A stretch of DNA of 60,363 nucleotides from an uncultured Candidatus Saccharibacteria bacterium (GTDB lineage: Bacteria > Patescibacteriota > Minisyncoccia > 2-02-FULL-40-12 > GWA2-44-9): NCBI GenBank assembly GCA_964356795.1, contig CAYHIK010000006.1, positions 10,286-70,648 on the forward strand, written 5' to 3'. The translations under genes were made by a program, and so were the position numbers. Each line of letters starts with the position of its first letter. Position 1 is the first letter of the stretch. Below are positions 55,365 through 60,363 of this stretch, in pieces. Below the pieces are notes generated by a model. The model was not told the DNA's origin and ran no database searches. It saw only the letters and a list, made by a program, of their open reading frames with translations.

Positions 55365-55492
55365 GCGAGTCTCCTCTCTGACTAGCTTGTCAAACAGCGA
55401 AAACGATGGTGCGAACATACAATACCGCGCCAGAAGTGTCAATTATCGCCTCGTTGCCGATGATACTATTCTGTGGTAGACTAGGCTTCGCT

Positions 55493-57331
55493 ATGCGACA
55501 CATTCTTCGATCAATCGCCATCGTTTTCGCGCTTCTCATCAGCGTCGCATTTTTCGTATCGCTGTTTGTTGAACCATCTACACCAGTCACCAGCATCCCC
55601 TTCAGTGAGCTCGTAGGGAAAATTCAGGGTGGCGCCATTCGAGATATCACCGTTCGTGAAAGCGACATCTCAGCAACCGCAACCGATGATGCAAAGTTTT
55701 CATCGAAAAAAGAATCATCCTCATCACTCTATGAGACGCTTGTCGCGGCGGGTGTAAGCCCAGAAAGGCTCAAAGCGGTCAGCATCGAGATAAAGGATCC
55801 ATCGGGCATGTCGGTATTTTTGTCCTCGATTATTCCTATCTTGCTCCCCTTCCTTCTTATTGCAGGGCTGTTTTGGTACATGTACCGTCAAGCACGCCAA
55901 GGCTCCATGCAGGCATTTACTTTCGGTAAGTCGCGCGCAAAACTCGCAGGGATGAACCCGACGGACAAGAACATTACCTTCAAGGATGTTGCGGGCCTTA
56001 TCGAAGCAAAAGAAGAGGTATCAGAAGTAGTTGAGTTCTTAAAAGATCCAAAGAAGTTCCATCGCCTCGGTGCGCGTATTCCACGTGGCATTCTTTTGGT
56101 GGGAGCTCCCGGTACCGGCAAGACACTCCTCGCGAAGGCTGTTGCAAATGAAGCAAAGGTTCCCTTCTTTTACGTTTCGGGCTCTGAATTCGTAGAAATG
56201 TTTGTAGGAATTGGAGCGAACCGCGTACGTGACACGTTCGAGACCGCCAAGCGAGCAGCCCCCGCCATCGTATTCATCGACGAAATCGATGCAGTCGGAC
56301 GCCAACGCGGAACGGGCATCGGCGGAGGGAATGACGAACGCGAGCAAACGCTCAATCAAATCCTCGTTGAGATGGACGGATTTGATACCGATGACGCTGT
56401 CATCATCATGGCGGCAACGAATCGCCCCGACGTGCTCGACCCCGCACTCTTGCGACCCGGACGATTCGATCGCCGCGTCATCTTAGATGAGCCATCGCTC
56501 AACGACCGCATTGCAGTGCTTACCATCCACTCCGACGGCATGCCACTTTCCGACGACGTGAACATGCGCGTTGTTGCCGAGCGCACGCCGGGATTCAGCG
56601 GAGCAGACCTCTCGAACCTCATCAACGAGGCCGCCATCCTAGCGGCGCGTAAAGGACAAGAAACTATCTCGCAAGAAAATCTTCTCGAATCTATTGAGAA
56701 GGTTATGCTCGGACCAGAGCGAAGATCGCACCTCTTGAGCACAAAAGAAAAAGAAGTCACCGCATATCATGAGGCGGGCCACGCTATCGTCGCCTCGACA
56801 CTTCTGCATAGCGACCCCGTGCACAAGGTGAGCATCATCTCTCGTGGCCGCGCAGGAGGATACACGCTCAAACTCCCAAGCCAGGATAAGTACCTCAAAA
56901 CAAAGAGTGAATTCGAGGCTGATTTAGCAGTCCTCTTGAGCGGATTTTCGGCAGAACAAATCATGTTCAACGAACTCACAACGGGTGCATCCAATGACCT
57001 CAAGGTCGCCACCGACCTTGCGCGCAGAATGGTGACGCAGTTTGGCATGTCGGAAAAGATGGGCCCCCTCTCCTACGGCGAAATCCATGAGTCTCCGTTC
57101 CTCGGACGCGAGCTCATGCATGAGCGCAATTATAGCGAACAAGTCGCCCAGCAAATCGATGCAGAAATTCGAACGCTCATCGAGGGCGCAGTAGCGACCG
57201 CAAAAGAAGTTATCACGTCGAATATGGAGGGGTTCAAAAAGGTTGCCGTACACCTCATAGAGAAGGAAACGATAGAGCAGGCGGAGTTTTACGCGTTGAT
57301 AGGCAAGCCGGTTCCCGTTCAGATCGTTTAG
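55493..57331 (+). CDS. ftsH: ATP-dependent zinc metalloprotease FtsH
   Basis: [23 protein letters not shown]. Confidence 0.95.
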   Translation: MRHILRSIAIVFALLISVAFFVSLFVEPSTPVTSIPFSELVGKIQGGAIRDITVRESDISATATDDAKFSSKKESSSSLYETLVAAGVSPERLKAVSIEIKDPSGMSVFLSSIIPILLPFLLIAGLFWYMYRQARQGSMQAFTFGKSRAKLAGMNPTDKNITFKDVAGLIEAKEEVSEVVEFLKDPKKFHRLGARIPRGILLVGAPGTGKTLLAKAVANEAKVPFFYVSGSEFVEMFVGIGANRVRDTFETAKRAAPAIVFIDEIDAVGRQRGTGIGGGNDEREQTLNQILVEMDGFDTDDAVIIMAATNRPDVLDPALLRPGRFDRRVILDEPSLNDRIAVLTIHSDGMPLSDDVNMRVVAERTPGFSGADLSNLINEAAILAARKGQETISQENLLESIEKVMLGPERRSHLLSTKEKEVTAYHEAGHAIVASTLLHSDPVHKVSIISRGRAGGYTLKLPSQDKYLKTKSEFEADLAVLLSGFSAEQIMFNELTTGASNDLKVATDLARRMVTQFGMSEKMGPLSYGEIHESPFLGRELMHERNYSEQVAQQIDAEIRTLIEGAVATAKEVITSNMEGFKKVAVHLIEKETIEQAEFYALIGKPVPVQIV

Positions 57332-57338
57332 TTCGTTT

Positions 57339-57412
57339 GGGGGAGTAGCTCAGTTGGTTAGAGCGCCAAGCTTATACCTTGGTGGTCCTAGGTTCGAATC
57401 CTAGCTCCCCCA
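57339..57412 (+). tRNA. tRNA-Ile(UAU)
   Basis: GGGGGAG..CCAAG-CUUAUAC-CUUGG..CUAGG-UUCGAAU-CCUAG-CUCCCCC-A. Confidence 0.8.
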
Positions 57413-57452
57413 CAAATGGCCACTCCTATTCCGTAGGAATGGCTGGCCATTT

Positions 57453-57479
57453 GTCCTGAGGACACAAAGTCCGAAGGAC
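57453..57479 (+). repeat. tRNA-spacer hairpin motif, copy a
   Basis: GUCCU-GAG-GAC-ACAAA-GUC-CGA-AGGAC. Confidence 0.6.
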
Positions 57480-57492
57480 TACAATAGTACCC

Positions 57493-57569
57493 GGGCGGTT
57501 AGCTCAGTTGGTTAGAGCGCCTCGTTTACACCGAGGAGGTCGAGGGTTCGAATCCTTCACCGCCCACCA
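57493..57569 (+). tRNA. tRNA-Val(UAC), CCA encoded
   Basis: GGGCGGU..CCUCG-UUUACAC-CGAGG..GAGGG-UUCGAAU-CCUUC-ACCGCCC-A-CCA. Confidence 0.85.
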
Positions 57570-57733
57570 CTTATCATTAAGCCGCCATGTGGCGGGTTTA
57601 TGATAAGCGATAGTTGAGTGTGAAGGATTCGAAGCCCGAAGCGATGTGGTGGCAGTAGCCAGCACCGCGAGGGCAGGAGCCTGAAGCCGAGGCGTCGTGG
57701 CCGACGACGCCGAGAGCGAAAGGTGAATCCTAG

Positions 57734-57758
57734 CCCTAAAGCGCATCGACGCGACAGG
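57734..57758 (+). repeat. tRNA-spacer hairpin motif, copy b (diverged)
   Basis: CCCU-AAAG-CGCAUCGACG-CGAC-AGG. Confidence 0.4.
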
Positions 57759-57829
57759 ACCGCAATAATTCCATCGTGGCGGCGACACGAGAGGGAAAAA
57801 CTGAATCGCGAGCTAATAATCAACAAATA

Positions 57830-58042
57830 ATGATAATCATCGCTTTTATTCAATTGACCCTCCACTATCTCGGCTGGCTCGGAATTGCCCTTGGTGTGAT
57901 TGCTTATTTATTTGGAAATTCAGGACGTGGCACCGAACTTCTTATTAGTGGAGTAGCAGTCATCGCCCTCAAGTATATTATTGGCGTAATCTATCAATTC
58001 ATCCTGAGCGCGACACGCGGCTCTGGCGATAAGCACCAATAA
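57830..58042 (+). CDS. Small two-TM membrane protein (hypothetical)
   Basis: AT-rich; ATG 57830. Confidence 0.4.
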   Translation: MIIIAFIQLTLHYLGWLGIALGVIAYLFGNSGRGTELLISGVAVIALKYIIGVIYQFILSATRGSGDKHQ

Positions 58043-58054
58043 TTCCATCGTTTT

Positions 58055-58654
58055 ATGGCTAAGATTGAACACGCCACTTATTGCTATCTATGCGGGGAAG
58101 CGCTTCAGCGAGATGACGTCGCTCGAGATCATATCCCATCACGCGCAATATTCAGCAAGCTCACCGATCATCAGATTACCCTGCCAGCACATAGAAAATG
58201 TAATTTGGACTACTCGGAAGATGAGGAAAGTTTTCGAAACGACATCTCGGCTATTTCCACATCTCAAGCAATTTGGCCCACAACAGTTAGATCGCTTAGC
58301 CGGAATCCCGGAAGACTAACCGACACCCTCAGCCGTACGTACCGGGACAGTTCGGATGGAATTCATAAGCTTAAGATTCCGAAAGAAAGAACCGAACGCG
58401 TCCTATTGAAATATGCTCGCGGATTGCACGCTTATCATACAAAAAAATTTGTACCACCCCACTTTAAGTCGTCAATATTCTTCCAGCCGGCCGTGGAATC
58501 AATTCCTATTAATGTAATTAGAAAAGCTTCGTTTCGAGGTAAATTTGGCGGGGATTTCGCGTATGCCGGTGCCATCGCCGCTGATACCGGTATCTCTCTT
58601 TGGACTATGTGTTTCTATCGCAGTGTACTTACTTTCGTTGGCTTTACCGACTAG
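58055..58654 (+). CDS. HNH-nuclease-like protein
   Basis: CYLCGE..RDHIPSRAIF..LPAHRKCN at the N-terminus. AT-rich. Confidence 0.55.
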   Translation: MAKIEHATYCYLCGEALQRDDVARDHIPSRAIFSKLTDHQITLPAHRKCNLDYSEDEESFRNDISAISTSQAIWPTTVRSLSRNPGRLTDTLSRTYRDSSDGIHKLKIPKERTERVLLKYARGLHAYHTKKFVPPHFKSSIFFQPAVESIPINVIRKASFRGKFGGDFAYAGAIAADTGISLWTMCFYRSVLTFVGFTD

Positions 58655-58656
58655 AT

Positions 58657-59343
58657 ATGAACCTCGAAGTCATCTATGAAGACGCGGATATGGTGGCGCT
58701 CAACAAGCCACCCGAATTAACCGTGCATAAAACATCCGCAACCGACCCACAAACAACCCTTGCGGATGTGGCGCTGGAGCGATGGCCAGAAATGAAGAGC
58801 GTTGGCGAGGATCCGCTTCGCCCCGGCATCGTGCATCGTCTCGACCGAGACACGTCTGGCATTATTGTCCTTGCGAAAAATCAGACCGCATTTCAATTCC
58901 TCAAACAGCAATTTCACAACCACACCATCCGTAAAACGTATCTTGCACTCGTACACGGAGCACCGCGTGAATCTTCAGGAACTATTGATGCCCCCGTTGC
59001 CCGTGTGGGCGCCAAAACCACAACCAAAATCCACGGCACACGCGACCTCGTGGAGCGCTCCGCGATTACCGATTATCGCACGTCCAAACGCTTCACTGGC
59101 TACACCCTTCTCGAGTGCATGCCGCGCACAGGCCGTACCCATCAAATTAGAGCCCACCTCAAATCCATAGGCGTCCCCATTGTGGGCGACCCCCTCTACT
59201 CACCCGGAAAGCCCACCCTCGACCTCAATCGCCCATTCCTCCACGCCTGGAAGCTCGAGCTCTCTACTCCCTCGGGTACCGCGCTCCATCTGGAAGCAGA
59301 TATCCCGGAGACTTTACAAAAAGTCCTCGATACGCTACAATAA
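58657..59343 (+). CDS. RluA-family pseudouridine synthase (no S4 domain)
   Basis: HRLDRDTSG, GRTHQIR. Confidence 0.85.
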   Translation: MNLEVIYEDADMVALNKPPELTVHKTSATDPQTTLADVALERWPEMKSVGEDPLRPGIVHRLDRDTSGIIVLAKNQTAFQFLKQQFHNHTIRKTYLALVHGAPRESSGTIDAPVARVGAKTTTKIHGTRDLVERSAITDYRTSKRFTGYTLLECMPRTGRTHQIRAHLKSIGVPIVGDPLYSPGKPTLDLNRPFLHAWKLELSTPSGTALHLEADIPETLQKVLDTLQ

Positions 59344-59385
59344 CACCTGCGTAAATCCAATACTTTCGGCATTATTCAATACTGT

Positions 59386-59814
59386 ATGTCACAGCAAATC
59401 ATCAACGAATTCGCACAAGCAAACAACCCCGCCCATCGATTTGGCGACTTAAAGGTCGGCATGACCGTTCGCGTCCTCCAGAGACTCAAGGAGGGTGAAA
59501 AAGGAAAGAGCCAAACCTTCGAAGGTATTATCATTGCTCGCAAGCATGGCGATGAAGCAGGGGCCACCATTACCGTTCGTCGCACCGCAGGTGGATACGG
59601 AGTAGAGAAAGTATACCCGCTTCGCCTTCCCACTATTGAGAAGATTGAAGTCGTCAAAAAGGGTCGTACCCGCCGAGCAAAGATGTACTACCTGCGCGAC
59701 AAGACCGCAAAGGAAATCCGTCGAAAGACTCGTGCCGAGGCCACCGCCCAAAAGAAGGCCCAGGACTCACAAGAGCTCCCCGAAGCTCCCGCAACCGAAG
59801 AAATCGGAGCATAA
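59386..59814 (+). CDS. rplS: 50S ribosomal protein L19
   Basis: F..GD.V.V......EG.K.R.Q.FEG..IA pattern. Confidence 0.9.
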   Translation: MSQQIINEFAQANNPAHRFGDLKVGMTVRVLQRLKEGEKGKSQTFEGIIIARKHGDEAGATITVRRTAGGYGVEKVYPLRLPTIEKIEVVKKGRTRRAKMYYLRDKTAKEIRRKTRAEATAQKKAQDSQELPEAPATEEIGA

Positions 59815-59825
59815 GCGAAACCCCG

Positions 59826-59853
59826 AACCCCACCTTGAAAAAGGTGGGGTTTT
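59826..59853 (+). terminator. Intrinsic terminator
   Basis: AACCCCACC-UUGAAAAA-GGUGGGGUUUU. Confidence 0.7.
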
Positions 59854-59884
59854 GCGGTATCCTATGCAAGTCTCGTAACCCAAT

Positions 59885-59968
59885 GCGCGGGTGGCGAAAC
59901 TGGCAGACGCACTACCTTGAGGTGGTAGCGCCCGCAAGGGCATGGAGGTTCAAGTCCTCTCCCGCGCA
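59885..59968 (+). tRNA. tRNA-Leu(GAG)
   Basis: GCGCGGG..CUACC-UUGAGGU-GGUAG, a long variable arm, then GGAGG-UUCAAGU-CCUCU-CCCGCGC-A. Confidence 0.85.
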
Positions 59969-60010
59969 CACTTCGCCACTCCTTGTTCTGGAGGATTGGC
60001 TGGCGAAGTG

Positions 60011-60036
60011 CCCTAGAGCGCATAGGCGCGACAGGG
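60011..60036 (+). repeat. tRNA-spacer hairpin motif, copy c
   Basis: CCCU-AGAG-CGC-AUAG-GCG-CGAC-AGGG. Confidence 0.55.
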
Positions 60037-60062
60037 CCACAGAAGTTTGTAACTGGCCATTT

Positions 60063-60089
60063 GTCCTGAGAACACAAGGTTCGAAGGAC
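60063..60089 (+). repeat. tRNA-spacer hairpin motif, copy d
   Basis: GUCCU-GAG-AAC-ACAAG-GUU-CGA-AGGAC. The inner stem covaries with copy a. Confidence 0.6.
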
Positions 60090-60135
60090 TACAGAATATC
60101 AGCGACAGGGCTACAGAAGTTATCTTAAAATCGAA

Positions 60136-60208
60136 GGGCGGTTAGCTCAATTGGTAGAGCATCTCATTGACGTTGAGAGGGTTATAAGTTCGAGTCTTAT
60201 ACCGCCCA
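60136..60208 (+). tRNA. tRNA-Val(GAC)
   Basis: GGGCGGU..UCUCA-UUGACGU-UGAGA..AUAAG-UUCGAGU-CUUAU-ACCGCCC-A. Confidence 0.85.
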
Positions 60209-60249
60209 CAAATGGCCGCTCAATATTCTGTGAAGTTGGTCGGCCATTT

Positions 60250-60275
60250 GCTCCGAGCGCATAAGCGCGAAGAGC
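60250..60275 (+). repeat. tRNA-spacer hairpin motif, copy e
   Basis: GCUC-CGAG-CGC-AUAA-GCG-CGAA-GAGC. Confidence 0.55.
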
Positions 60276-60289
60276 TACAATAGAGTAGC

Positions 60290-60361
60290 GCCGGGCTAGC
60301 TCATCGGTAGAGCGCTGCCCTGAAGAGGCAGGCGTGCCCAGTTCGACTCTGGGGCCCGGCA
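60290..60361 (+). tRNA. tRNA-Phe(GAA)
   Basis: GCCGGGC..CUGCC-CUGAAGA-GGCAG..CCCAG-UUCGACU-CUGGG-GCCCGGC-A. Confidence 0.85.
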
Positions 60362-60363
60362 CA

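Noticed and set aside
1-60363. Diversity-generating retroelement, retron or CRISPR-Cas content
   Set aside because: No reverse-transcriptase-like ORF, no template/variable repeat pair with adenine-specific differences, and no short direct-repeat array were seen on either strand.

Overview
Gene-dense 60.4-kb window that looks like it comes from a small-genome, CPR/Patescibacteria-like bacterium. That assignment is an inference from T4SS-pilin-like paralog arrays, an orphan solute-binding protein, many tiny orphan genes and an intron-containing tRNA. The backbone is housekeeping: tatD, metG, rsmI, guaB, rdgB, argS, htrA, smpB, infC-rpmI-rplT, tsaD, valS, gyrA, rpsA, ftsH and rplS. RNA genes are a tmRNA and ten tRNA loci: nine tRNA genes that fold, one of them non-canonical, plus an interrupted initiator-type locus that may be a pseudogene. 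Three features are missing from the supplied ORF track. (1) A >1,130-aa tail-fibre-like repeat protein running off the left edge (1-3409, minus). (2) A 53-aa partner of a PIN toxin. (3) All RNA genes. The best second-look items: a ~5-kb island driven by a large serine recombinase, inserted in the 3' end of ssrA, with the displaced ssrA terminus and terminator still present downstream. An initiator-type tRNA(CAU) interrupted by a ~200-nt group I intron, next to a LAGLIDADG-like ORF, with an unresolved 3' splice junction. A translationally coupled proteasome beta/alpha-like pair with no Pup machinery in view. A cobalamin riboswitch upstream of a small membrane protein. Covarying hairpin motifs in the spacers of a tRNA array. 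Several promoter/terminator-bounded or inverted-repeat-bounded structured RNAs of unknown class. All family assignments come from motif recognition by eye; no searches were run.
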